From positions 32,001-96,000 of the IMG/VR virus record IMGVR_UViG_3300045988_161114: a stretch of DNA of 64,000 nt; one strand, given 5' to 3'. The position numbers and the translations under genes are program-made. This document shows positions 25,924 to 35,510 of the stretch, one piece after another; position 1 is the first letter of the stretch, and each line of letters begins with the position of its first letter. The stretch comes from a virus. The notes below the pieces were generated by a model. It saw nothing but the letters and a program-made list of their open reading frames with translations. It made no database searches and was not told the origin of the DNA.

Positions 25924-28545
25924 TTATCCTATCACTGTATTTAATGTTATATTTGATACAACAGGAGTTTTGTTAATATTAATACTTATAGAATCTTCTA
26001 GTAAAGATAATACTGCATACGTGTCAGAATCTGAAGGTTCTTTTATATTAATTGTTCTTCCAGATATATCGTATTTATCTTTAGCTATTGTTTCCATACT
26101 TTGACCTTCTATAAATACATTAGAGTATAAATATGAAACCTTTATATCTCCACTTATTATAGATTGGGAATATATAATTCCATTATTATAATCAATAGAG
26201 AAATATCCTGTTCCCGCCGAAGATATATTAGTATCTAGTATTATAGATGTATCTATCAGGTCATGGGTTTTTGCATTATCAGCCAATGTTATATATGTCT
26301 GATTGTTTTCATCTGTTAATAAATAATCCCCGGCATATATTAGTTCCGATTCAGAATACACTTGTGTTTTAAATATATCAGTATATCCCACAAAGTTTAA
26401 ATCAGAGAAGTGATCTATTAGTCTTCCTAATGAAAACTTATTTACGCCTTTGGGTATTTGAATCTCAATACTATTTCCTGTGTTGAATTCGTCTATACCA
26501 TTTATGAAATCTACTTCTTTTAAGAATGTAAATACTGATGCATTTTTGTATGAAAACTCTAGAGAACCTTTTATTATTTGTGTCTTAGAAAGTTTGGCAA
26601 CTTTTAAGCCATCATATTGATTTAATGATTCAGATGTCTTAGATAGTCTTACATCATCTGTATAGATATCTATACTATTTATAGAGAAGTCTGTATTTAT
26701 ATCAAGTTTATTTTTTACAACATAGTCTACATTTATTATTGCTGAACTATTGTGGGCAAAAATCTTGCCATCAACTATTGTAAATTCAGAGTCCTCTAAT
26801 TTAACCTCTGGATATTTTTTATTAAACTTCATGTTTACCGGTGACTTACCAGAAGATACCGGCGCTGTAAATGTAAAATAATCAAGAAGGTTAACTGGCT
26901 CTTCGGCTTTAAATGTATGAACTATTGTTCCAGATGGGCCATATAAATATAAATCCTTGCTATATGGTTTAAATGTCCATTGGAAACATGATTCAAAGAA
27001 TCCAGATGTGAGATCTAAATCTCTATAGATATTTCCATCCGTAAGTCTATATACACCAGCATGTTCATTAAATGATAGAACAACATTTTCTGAATTAGCT
27101 ACCCTTATATCTCTTCTTATAGGGTTAGAGTAAGAATAAACTTTAACTGATTCTGGTTCTATTGTATCACTAGAGATTATTTTGTATTTATTGTCTTTTT
27201 CTACTCTACATCTTCTGGGTGTATATCTTACTTTTGTTTCGCCCATATATCCCATACTATCAAAAGATCTGTACACGTATTCATTATTTCTTTTAATAGA
27301 AGATATATAATCAGTTGTGCCAGTTATATCTGAGTAAGATGTTGTTGTGATACTTCCGCCGTAATAACTATTCAATAACTTCCCTAGTATATATTTTTCT
27401 CCAAGATCAAATGGTGATACTATTACAGGATTTATTTTAGTTATACTTTGTGTATGTTTTTGCACTCTATTATCAGAATATGAATTGCTGTATTTTTTAC
27501 CAGAGAATATGATTCTTAAATATAAAACCCTTACCGGATTTTCAGTAGATATTGAATCTTTTGATATAGTATTAAAGTCTAAATGTTTAGGTTTTTCACT
27601 TATAGAGTATGGTGTACTTATATCGTACCATTTTGTAAGATCGTAACTTATTGAGAACTGAAGATTGTTAAAAGAGAATCCATCATTATTTATTTTTGCG
27701 GCTATAGATGCTTTTAGGATCTCATATCCAGAATTGAATGGGCCGAATATAATTTCGCCAGAATCAGCAACAGTGGTTATACCAATAGACAAATTAGATA
27801 TACCTATTGCAAACCTATTTCTCTTGCCGTCGGAAATATATCCGTTATCCTGAACTATGGTTATTCTTATAGTTTTTATGAATGACTCATCTATTTGGAT
27901 ACTTCTCAATGTATTATTAAGAACTGTAAACGGAACTCTCTTAAAAGATTTTCCATCTGTTGATACGTCTATAGATACTATCTCTGGAAGACTGACTCCG
28001 AAATTAACATCTTTAAATGAAATCAAATTTACTGGAGATAATTTAGACAGTTTTATGGTATACACTGCTGATACAGGAAGATTAAATCTCTCAACTTCAA
28101 ATTGAGTGTCTGATACTATTGAATCCTTGTTATAAAATCTTGAATTTTCGTAGTCAGAAGAATTTCCATATACGCCAGATGTATTTACATCTATTGATTC
28201 AATTGTGTATTTATTAGAGATCTTTGGTTTCAAATAAACAGAGTTGTTCTTAATAACGACATTTTCTGATGAATACACAACACTAGATGAGATATCATAT
28301 TGTGTATTACTATTGCCGGATATTGTAGCCATAGACAATGACATATCTACAGCCTCGGCCATCTTATCTCTTAATGCGGCAATATATTTGGCAAACTCCC
28401 CAACATTACTAGTCATCTTATTATTGAGTTTATTTATATCTGATATCAGAGTGTTTCCATCCTCTTGGACTTTATTAATTAAGCCAGACTGCCAGTTAGG
28501 ATGATTGCCAACATACTTTTCAGATGTATTTAAAAAATTGTTCAT
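25924..28545 (-). CDS. Virion fibre/baseplate-module protein, function unknown (873 aa)
   Basis: Long ORF, 4-nt overlap with the upstream gene, AT-rich composition. No motif recognised. Confidence 0.55.
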   Translation of the reverse strand: MNNFLNTSEKYVGNHPNWQSGLINKVQEDGNTLISDINKLNNKMTSNVGEFAKYIAALRDKMAEAVDMSLSMATISGNSNTQYDISSSVVYSSENVVIKNNSVYLKPKISNKYTIESIDVNTSGVYGNSSDYENSRFYNKDSIVSDTQFEVERFNLPVSAVYTIKLSKLSPVNLISFKDVNFGVSLPEIVSIDVSTDGKSFKRVPFTVLNNTLRSIQIDESFIKTIRITIVQDNGYISDGKRNRFAIGISNLSIGITTVADSGEIIFGPFNSGYEILKASIAAKINNDGFSFNNLQFSISYDLTKWYDISTPYSISEKPKHLDFNTISKDSISTENPVRVLYLRIIFSGKKYSNSYSDNRVQKHTQSITKINPVIVSPFDLGEKYILGKLLNSYYGGSITTTSYSDITGTTDYISSIKRNNEYVYRSFDSMGYMGETKVRYTPRRCRVEKDNKYKIISSDTIEPESVKVYSYSNPIRRDIRVANSENVVLSFNEHAGVYRLTDGNIYRDLDLTSGFFESCFQWTFKPYSKDLYLYGPSGTIVHTFKAEEPVNLLDYFTFTAPVSSGKSPVNMKFNKKYPEVKLEDSEFTIVDGKIFAHNSSAIINVDYVVKNKLDINTDFSINSIDIYTDDVRLSKTSESLNQYDGLKVAKLSKTQIIKGSLEFSYKNASVFTFLKEVDFINGIDEFNTGNSIEIQIPKGVNKFSLGRLIDHFSDLNFVGYTDIFKTQVYSESELIYAGDYLLTDENNQTYITLADNAKTHDLIDTSIILDTNISSAGTGYFSIDYNNGIIYSQSIISGDIKVSYLYSNVFIEGQSMETIAKDKYDISGRTINIKEPSDSDTYAVLSLLEDSISININKTPVVSNITLNTVIG

Positions 28546-29324
28546 CTAGATACAACTCCTATATATTTTATTATAGGATAAGATGATAATGTATCAAGAA
28601 CTGTAGCTGTTATTGAGCACTCAATTTTATATGTATCTTTGTTTAGTATAAAGATACTATTGTTTCCATTTATTGCTATATTCTCTGATATATTCTTCTT
28701 ATCTGAGCTGTCAATATATTTTGGGTGGCATATATAAAACGTTTCTTCATCAAACGTTTTTATATTTGTAGACTTAGAATATTTACTTACTACGCCATCC
28801 TTGAAGAATCTTATTTTATCAAATTCTATATTGCCATCTTTTTTATATAAAAATTCTTTTGAATCACCAATACCTATATTAATTGATTCATTAAATAGCG
28901 TTCTTCCGTCAGAAGATATTCCTCTTATACTTATATCGGCTGATACTATTACACCATTATTGTTATCTATTTTTATTATAGGGGCTATATACCCTTTGCA
29001 CAATATTTCAACAGGTTTAGTTTTTAATACTCCGGCATAGTTACTTCTTATTCTTGAAATGTCTATATCTATATAATCAGATATTTCTGTATCATTTGAG
29101 AAGTTGCTGTGCTCGAATACTATTTCTATTGCAATAGAGTCTTTATGTAAACTGTTTATATTAACTATGTCGTCTATATAGAACGGGTTTGTTATTATAG
29201 GACTAACTGTACCGGCGCTATTTATAGATGATATAGATTTAATAAAGATATTAGATATTTTTGGTTTAAGTATTATCTTATTAAAGAATAATGACTCAGA
29301 AGAAAATGTTTTCTTTATTTCCAT
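28542..29324 (-). CDS. Virion-module protein, function unknown (260 aa)
   Basis: Overlap-coupled ORF in the late operon. Confidence 0.5.
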   Translation of the reverse strand: MEIKKTFSSESLFFNKIILKPKISNIFIKSISSINSAGTVSPIITNPFYIDDIVNINSLHKDSIAIEIVFEHSNFSNDTEISDYIDIDISRIRSNYAGVLKTKPVEILCKGYIAPIIKIDNNNGVIVSADISIRGISSDGRTLFNESINIGIGDSKEFLYKKDGNIEFDKIRFFKDGVVSKYSKSTNIKTFDEETFYICHPKYIDSSDKKNISENIAINGNNSIFILNKDTYKIECSITATVLDTLSSYPIIKYIGVVSR

Positions 29325-29716
29325 TATAATAATTCTTTCTCATCATAGCTGCTAAGTACATACCCCTTATCTGATAATGAATATATTACAGAATTAGGAT
29401 TTGATGTATCTATCTCAAATAACGAGTAGTATCCGCTATCTTCTGTAGATAAATTTAACAGTTGTATAAACATATTATTTGACTCTGCTAAATCTATCTT
29501 TTTTATATATCCAGAATACCATTCTTCTAGTTGGGTATCTATTCTATCCAGTGATTCTTTTAGAAATTCTACAGATGGATTTGCCTGTAGTGATACTCTT
29601 AGTAGGCTTCTATTTATGAAATCAATGCCAAGTCTATTAATATTGCCGCCAAGAAGAGATAGGTTTAATATATCATTGACATAATTAAACTGCTGATTTT
29701 CAATAAACTTTCTCAT
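29324..29716 (-). CDS. Virion-module protein, function unknown (130 aa)
   Basis: Overlap-coupled ORF in the late operon. Confidence 0.5.
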   Translation of the reverse strand: MRKFIENQQFNYVNDILNLSLLGGNINRLGIDFINRSLLRVSLQANPSVEFLKESLDRIDTQLEEWYSGYIKKIDLAESNNMFIQLLNLSTEDSGYYSLFEIDTSNPNSVIYSLSDKGYVLSSYDEKELL

Positions 29717-31437
29717 ACCTTATGCACCATAGTTGGAATTGAATCATTATAAACTACACTTAGCCTATAGTCAGGTTTTATATCTTCTTTATTTATTATG
29801 AAGTATACCTTATCATCAAATAATTTCTTTACACTATTGATTTTAGAATATGTTTTCCCATCTATATGGACCATTTCGTATTTCATTGGATCTTTATTTA
29901 TAAATACAGGATTTTTAAAATCTAGATCTTTTTGTAGATCCTCACCAACATATTCAACATCGCCTATATACTTATCTGCTGAATAATCTAACTGAAATAT
30001 TATTTTTGTATCAGTATTTAAATATAGAGATAGTGACCCTTCTGTAGACATGCCAACATTCAGTTCTGATACTCCAGAATTAAAATATGATTCTTTTTCT
30101 TTTCCAATCGATATTCTACAGTATGCTAGATTAGGAATATATACCTCTCTAAGCCCGTGTCCACCAGAAACAGGGAGTGATGGCCTTTTATTTAAAACAT
30201 ATTTAAGTTTTGATATATCTTTCATATCTATTTTAGATATCTCTATAAAGTCATCAGGGATCTTCTCTCCGTTGTAAACATTTCCGCTATTTTCAGGTTT
30301 TCCAGAAATGTTCCATTTTAATGGAGCTTTATCTTTTAGATTTACTGCATAGGGTTTATTATCTATCTTACTATTAGAATATATAATAAAACCAAAAGAA
30401 TCATAAGCATAATATTTAACCCCTTCTTTTGTTAGACCAACAGAAATATATTCTGAAGAATCAATAATATATCTAGGTATTCTTATATTATTGGATATAA
30501 AATCATAATAATTATATGTAACATAAACAGAGTCATAAGATATTTGTGCTATCTCATCTTTAAATCTATGCAATTTGATAGATCCGTATTTAGGCTCTAT
30601 TTCATAATTTTTAAGAGATTCACCTAAAATGTCTTTTACAGATGAACCATTTTTCATAAAGGATATTTTAATTCCGGATTTTGATAATCCAGAATGTTTT
30701 AGCAATATCTCATTATTAGAATATTTAGCGATTTCATTATTTACTTTTACAAGATTTAGTCCATGCCGTATTGTCGAATAGTCGATGCCATTCCTATGCA
30801 TAATGAAACTGTTAATGTAAATACTTAACATATCTGTATTATATATTGAATATTCAGATACGTTAAAAATTGGAGTGTCTAATACTTTATAAGATGTATT
30901 TGTATTCGACCATGTTACTTTATAGTGATCTTTATCAAATACAGATTTAAATACTTTTCCATCAATAGAGGATATTGATTCATAATTCTTATACGCACAA
31001 TTTATATATACTGGATATGTAGTATCCGAATACTCCAATATTAGTGAGCCGTTCTTATAATAAGAAACATGAACACTATCATCATTGGTATATAAAAAAT
31101 TAGAATCAGATATTGGTTTTTCGCCGTTAACTAATATACGGTCGTAGTCTTTAAATCGTATTGGAGTTTTTCTATACAGTGGTGTTCCGTTATCATATAC
31201 ATCTGTAATTAATATATTTTCAGAATTTGATCGTACAGCTACACCTTTTATATTTTTTGATACAAATTTTATAAATCTGTTCTCATTATCTTTAGATGTA
31301 TTTCTTATATTGAATAATGAATTATTTAAAGGTTTTGTATCTACTGCATAAATAGTGTTCAATGTATTATCTGATTGAACCAAATGAGGGGCCTTTTCGA
31401 CCCCTCCTATTTTTATGTTATATGTGATAGTATTCAT
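29713..31437 (-). CDS. Virion fibre/baseplate-module protein (574 aa), probable paralogue of ORF 35511-37256
   Basis: Similar length and matching local strings: ITYNIKIGG vs IQYNISIRG, ISKIDMKD vs INKIELKD, LAYCRISIGKEKESYFNSGVSELNV vs LAHICFTKKVESEQSTSGSVSLQI. Confidence 0.5.
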   Translation of the reverse strand: MNTITYNIKIGGVEKAPHLVQSDNTLNTIYAVDTKPLNNSLFNIRNTSKDNENRFIKFVSKNIKGVAVRSNSENILITDVYDNGTPLYRKTPIRFKDYDRILVNGEKPISDSNFLYTNDDSVHVSYYKNGSLILEYSDTTYPVYINCAYKNYESISSIDGKVFKSVFDKDHYKVTWSNTNTSYKVLDTPIFNVSEYSIYNTDMLSIYINSFIMHRNGIDYSTIRHGLNLVKVNNEIAKYSNNEILLKHSGLSKSGIKISFMKNGSSVKDILGESLKNYEIEPKYGSIKLHRFKDEIAQISYDSVYVTYNYYDFISNNIRIPRYIIDSSEYISVGLTKEGVKYYAYDSFGFIIYSNSKIDNKPYAVNLKDKAPLKWNISGKPENSGNVYNGEKIPDDFIEISKIDMKDISKLKYVLNKRPSLPVSGGHGLREVYIPNLAYCRISIGKEKESYFNSGVSELNVGMSTEGSLSLYLNTDTKIIFQLDYSADKYIGDVEYVGEDLQKDLDFKNPVFINKDPMKYEMVHIDGKTYSKINSVKKLFDDKVYFIINKEDIKPDYRLSVVYNDSIPTMVHKV

Positions 31438-31446
31438 GTCGTTTTA

Positions 31447-34400
31447 TTATGGGGCATATCTAGCTCTAGCAGCACGGATGTTCATCACTGCAGAGTTCTC
31501 ATCAAATCTATTATTTGATCCTGGAACTTCAATTACCTGCATATCGCCTACATATAATGTACCTAAACAGAATATATCACTAGCGTTAACTTGTGAATCT
31601 TCTACATAGATATTATCCATTACTGTATAACGTTTATTGGATAAGCTTACGGCTTTTGTTGCTGCTGTTGAATTTCTTGATGATACCGAACCTATTACTT
31701 TAGTAGCTCCACCGCTTAATTTATCTATTACAGCTGTTTTAGATGTTATAAGTGATGTTGGTCCATTAAGTGTTACAGAGTTACCCTCTATTGTTACACC
31801 TGATGTTTGAGTACCAGATATAATAGAGCCTTTTATTGTTGCGTTGCCCGCAATTGTTATATCGTTATTGAATATACTTGATGCTGCAAATTGGTTACTT
31901 CCTGAGTTATCAGATTGGTTGATAAACTTAGTTACGTTAACTGTACCAAGTGTAGCTACTGATGTAGATAGTGTTGTTATGTCGCCGTTATAAGAAATAG
32001 TGCCGTAGTAATTTACGTCATTATTAAATATAGATTTACCATCAACGACAAGAGCCTCTAACTTAGCTTGTCTTCCAACTGATATACCGCCTCTAAATTC
32101 AGCTTGTGCATCAGTTCTAACAACGTTTGCTGTTAATACACCTTGAACAGTTGTATTACCAGATGCTGTAAGAGCACCATCTATTGTGATAGATGAGTTG
32201 ATATGTGTTTCACCAGATATATTTAAAACATCTGTTATATCAACTTCTCCAGAGAAGATTGTTTTATTATTATTAAATTGAGCGTTACTGCTCACAGTTA
32301 ATATTTTACCATCTTCACCTAGAGCTATGCCACCCCTGATTATTGCTCCATCGTTAACTTCTAATGAGCCACCAATCTTAGATATACCAGTTACATTAAG
32401 GTCTGAACCAACATATATTTGTTCAGATGTAGATATAGTCTTAGCAGATAAGCTAGCAGATGCAACTACTGGGCCTGCAACATCTATACTACCTTTAATG
32501 TTTGCATTAGATTGTAAATCCAATGTTCCAGTTACGTTAAGGTCGGATTTAAATGTAGCATCATCATTTACGTCAACTGCGCCAACAAATGATGTCTTGC
32601 CGTTATTGAATATTGCATTACCATTAACAGTAAGCTTATCGGCTTCTTTAGATCCTATTACTGCTTGACCATTAAATATAGCTTTTTCTTCTACAGTTAA
32701 TGTTTTACTTATAGACACAGAACCCTGTGCATCAAGGTCTAATGTATTCAGTTTCGAAGAGAATCTACCTATATTGGCAACTATATCTTTTGTTGTCTCA
32801 ATGTTTCCAGTAGAAGATATCAATCCTGATGAAGCTAATCCACCTCTAGCATCTATTGCTTCTGTTGTTTTAAGTGATGCAGCAGATATTTTCTCTATTG
32901 TAGCATTAGCTGAGTTTATTGAACCTGTAACCCTTACATCACTAGCAGCAGTTATTACGCCTTCAAATGCTGATACACCAGCAACTTTAAGTGAATCAGA
33001 TAAGTCAACTGGGCCGGATAGTATAGACCTAGATTTAATAAAAAGTTCATTACCTTTTATACTATTACTGCTATTGATTGTACCATTTACATTTAGGTTA
33101 GAGTTTATACCTACATTTTCTGTAAATGAAACGTCACCAGTGAATCTAGAAGTGCCTTTAATATCCAGTGTGCCAAATGTACCTTTGCCAGATACATTTA
33201 TATTTTCTGAACTTATATCTCCAGCAACAGATGTATTGCCAGTAACACCAAGATTCTCATCTATAGTAATGCTACCAAATGCCTTTATATCACCTGTTGT
33301 AACAGTGCTATATGTCATAGACTGACAGTCTATTGCGCCACTTCTAGCATCAACAAATACTACGCCGTTTTTAGATTCTACAACCATCCATCCTGGAGGA
33401 CATTCTGTATCGCTACCAGTAACGTATACTGCGCCAACATCTCCAAAGTTTACACCTCTTCTCTCTTTTAGAGATGATACACTTACTGTAGCTGATTTAA
33501 AGTTACCTACAGATGCATGTATATTAGACTTCGGCCATGATGTTAAGTTGTCTACCCTTGTTGAACCTGCTGGGGTTGAGTCACCGAATCCATATGATAT
33601 ACCGCCTTCAACTTGAGGAACTGTACTATCTTTCAGGAAATATATATCACCTTTACCGGCCTCTATATATGTGTCATGGTCAGTAGGTGTAGATGCACCA
33701 CCATTCTTAGCAGAGGTGTACATATTCATATATGGATTATATGTAGCATTCTTATTTTGAATACCTGTATTTTTACCACTGCCGTTAAATACTACTGGCT
33801 TTTTAGATGTTACAACTATTGCATCATCTTTTTCTGTTAATGTTGCACCCTCTTGTGTTCCGAATAATATCTTTCCTTCACCTTTGATATTAATCGTTTT
33901 AGGAGTCATGTTCTCAACATTAATGTTGGATAGGTCAACATCTGAGCCAAATGTTATTTTATTTCCAGAATCTGATGATACATTTACATTACCATCTGAA
34001 TTTGCAAATTTAACACCGCCGATTGTTAATGTAGAACTAGGGCCTGTTATACCTATATTGCCAGATGCAACTATTGTATCTATATCCAATGCCTTAGCAA
34101 TTATTTTGCTAAGTCCGCCTTCTGAGTTTACAAATTTAGCTACACCATTTTTAGATTCTATATTCAATGTGTTTGGTAATGAATTCTTATCACCAGTTGA
34201 ATATATTTTATTCCCATCTATTTCTAATGCTGTTGCATATGAATTATCTGGATTATTTGGATTAGCATGTGTTTCTATTTTTAATCCGTTTTCAGAACCA
34301 TATAATTTTAAGCCTTTAAATGCGAAATCATACAGTAATGAAACCGCATCAGATACGCTTCCGAAGTAAATCTTTCTAGAATTGCTAACAGTATTGTTAT

Positions 34401-35502
34401 ACAAGTTGTGCGGGTCAGATGAACCAATTAATACATCACCTATTATGGCGTTATTAAAGTTGCCATCATTGTTTTGAATATAACCCTCTCTATTGAAGTA
34501 TTGAGGATGATCATCACCTTGTATATTAGATATACCGTATCGTCTATCTGTTGGATTATATCTGCTTGCCCTCAATCCTGATAGTGAACTATGTAATACT
34601 TGTGACCCAAGCTCCTCGCCATTATGAGAATGGTTAAAAGCAAATCTAAACAATAGAGCTAATGAGTCTGCTACTGTCCAGTTATTTACCGATAGAACAA
34701 ATGTGTCTGAAACGTCTACACTTATTGATGTTTCGAATCTATATTTGTTCGGCGCCATTAGATATACATTAGCGTCATCAAGCTTTTGATATTCACCATT
34801 AAATAGCTTCCATACAGATACTTCTTCTTTAGGTGCTAATATTGCACCAGTTGATGAGATAAATTTTGTAAATTTATCTTTCAGTACAAAATCTACATTC
34901 TTCTGATAAGTTGTCTTATCATATGTATTTGATGATGCTACTGTTACCTCATAAACCTTATCAGATACTTTTGTTACAGATGGTTTAGATATTTTATTCT
35001 CTGCAAGCAAAGACGGAGATGGTATACAGTTTGGTGTAAATCCTGCTCCATATTCTGCCCCTGGATATGTACCTTTATAACTTACTGTAAATGATCCGGT
35101 AGGATTTTTAAGGAATAGTAGTTTTCTTCCTATTACAGAGTATTGGTTATCTTCTTTAAGGTCATTTACCTCTACTTTTATATATGTCTTATTATCAGAT
35201 GTTCTTATTGTAAGATCACCTACAGGAATTAAAGTAAGGTAGAAGTCATTTATACCGACAGAACTAAATGAATCTGTATAATCTGAGAACACTACGCCAA
35301 TAGGGGTATTAGGAGAGACCTTTGAGAAGTCACCTATAGATTCTGATATAGATGTTTTATATGAATTTTCTATACCAGTTCCATAGCCATTTACATCACC
35401 GATTGTGTTTTTAATATTTTCAACATTAAGTGATACCTCATTTATAGCCTCTATAGCATGTTGAGGAGTAAGAGCACCACTATCTAAATGTAAATTTGCC
35501 AT
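31447..35502 (-). CDS. Long tail fibre with extended beta-helical/solenoid repeat region (1351 aa)
   Basis: N-terminal third contains HSHNGEELG ... GDDHPQYFNREGY (a fibre-type HxH/DDHPQY motif). aa ~750-1250 are degenerate 15-20-aa repeats (V/I-x-G-x-hydrophobic-x-hydrophobic; e.g. LNVNGTINSSNSIKG, LNVTGTLDLQSNANIKGSIDVAG). Confidence 0.65.
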   Translation of the reverse strand: MANLHLDSGALTPQHAIEAINEVSLNVENIKNTIGDVNGYGTGIENSYKTSISESIGDFSKVSPNTPIGVVFSDYTDSFSSVGINDFYLTLIPVGDLTIRTSDNKTYIKVEVNDLKEDNQYSVIGRKLLFLKNPTGSFTVSYKGTYPGAEYGAGFTPNCIPSPSLLAENKISKPSVTKVSDKVYEVTVASSNTYDKTTYQKNVDFVLKDKFTKFISSTGAILAPKEEVSVWKLFNGEYQKLDDANVYLMAPNKYRFETSISVDVSDTFVLSVNNWTVADSLALLFRFAFNHSHNGEELGSQVLHSSLSGLRASRYNPTDRRYGISNIQGDDHPQYFNREGYIQNNDGNFNNAIIGDVLIGSSDPHNLYNNTVSNSRKIYFGSVSDAVSLLYDFAFKGLKLYGSENGLKIETHANPNNPDNSYATALEIDGNKIYSTGDKNSLPNTLNIESKNGVAKFVNSEGGLSKIIAKALDIDTIVASGNIGITGPSSTLTIGGVKFANSDGNVNVSSDSGNKITFGSDVDLSNINVENMTPKTINIKGEGKILFGTQEGATLTEKDDAIVVTSKKPVVFNGSGKNTGIQNKNATYNPYMNMYTSAKNGGASTPTDHDTYIEAGKGDIYFLKDSTVPQVEGGISYGFGDSTPAGSTRVDNLTSWPKSNIHASVGNFKSATVSVSSLKERRGVNFGDVGAVYVTGSDTECPPGWMVVESKNGVVFVDARSGAIDCQSMTYSTVTTGDIKAFGSITIDENLGVTGNTSVAGDISSENINVSGKGTFGTLDIKGTSRFTGDVSFTENVGINSNLNVNGTINSSNSIKGNELFIKSRSILSGPVDLSDSLKVAGVSAFEGVITAASDVRVTGSINSANATIEKISAASLKTTEAIDARGGLASSGLISSTGNIETTKDIVANIGRFSSKLNTLDLDAQGSVSISKTLTVEEKAIFNGQAVIGSKEADKLTVNGNAIFNNGKTSFVGAVDVNDDATFKSDLNVTGTLDLQSNANIKGSIDVAGPVVASASLSAKTISTSEQIYVGSDLNVTGISKIGGSLEVNDGAIIRGGIALGEDGKILTVSSNAQFNNNKTIFSGEVDITDVLNISGETHINSSITIDGALTASGNTTVQGVLTANVVRTDAQAEFRGGISVGRQAKLEALVVDGKSIFNNDVNYYGTISYNGDITTLSTSVATLGTVNVTKFINQSDNSGSNQFAASSIFNNDITIAGNATIKGSIISGTQTSGVTIEGNSVTLNGPTSLITSKTAVIDKLSGGATKVIGSVSSRNSTAATKAVSLSNKRYTVMDNIYVEDSQVNASDIFCLGTLYVGDMQVIEVPGSNNRFDENSAVMNIRAARARYAP

Positions 35503-35510
35503 TGCTTTTC

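Noticed and set aside
32327-34369. Plus-strand ORFs of 113, 183, 75 and 161 aa inside the 1351-aa fibre gene
   Set aside because: They lie antisense to the repeat-rich solenoid region. The stop-poor reverse frames result from the repetitive codon bias, and none has independent start-site support.
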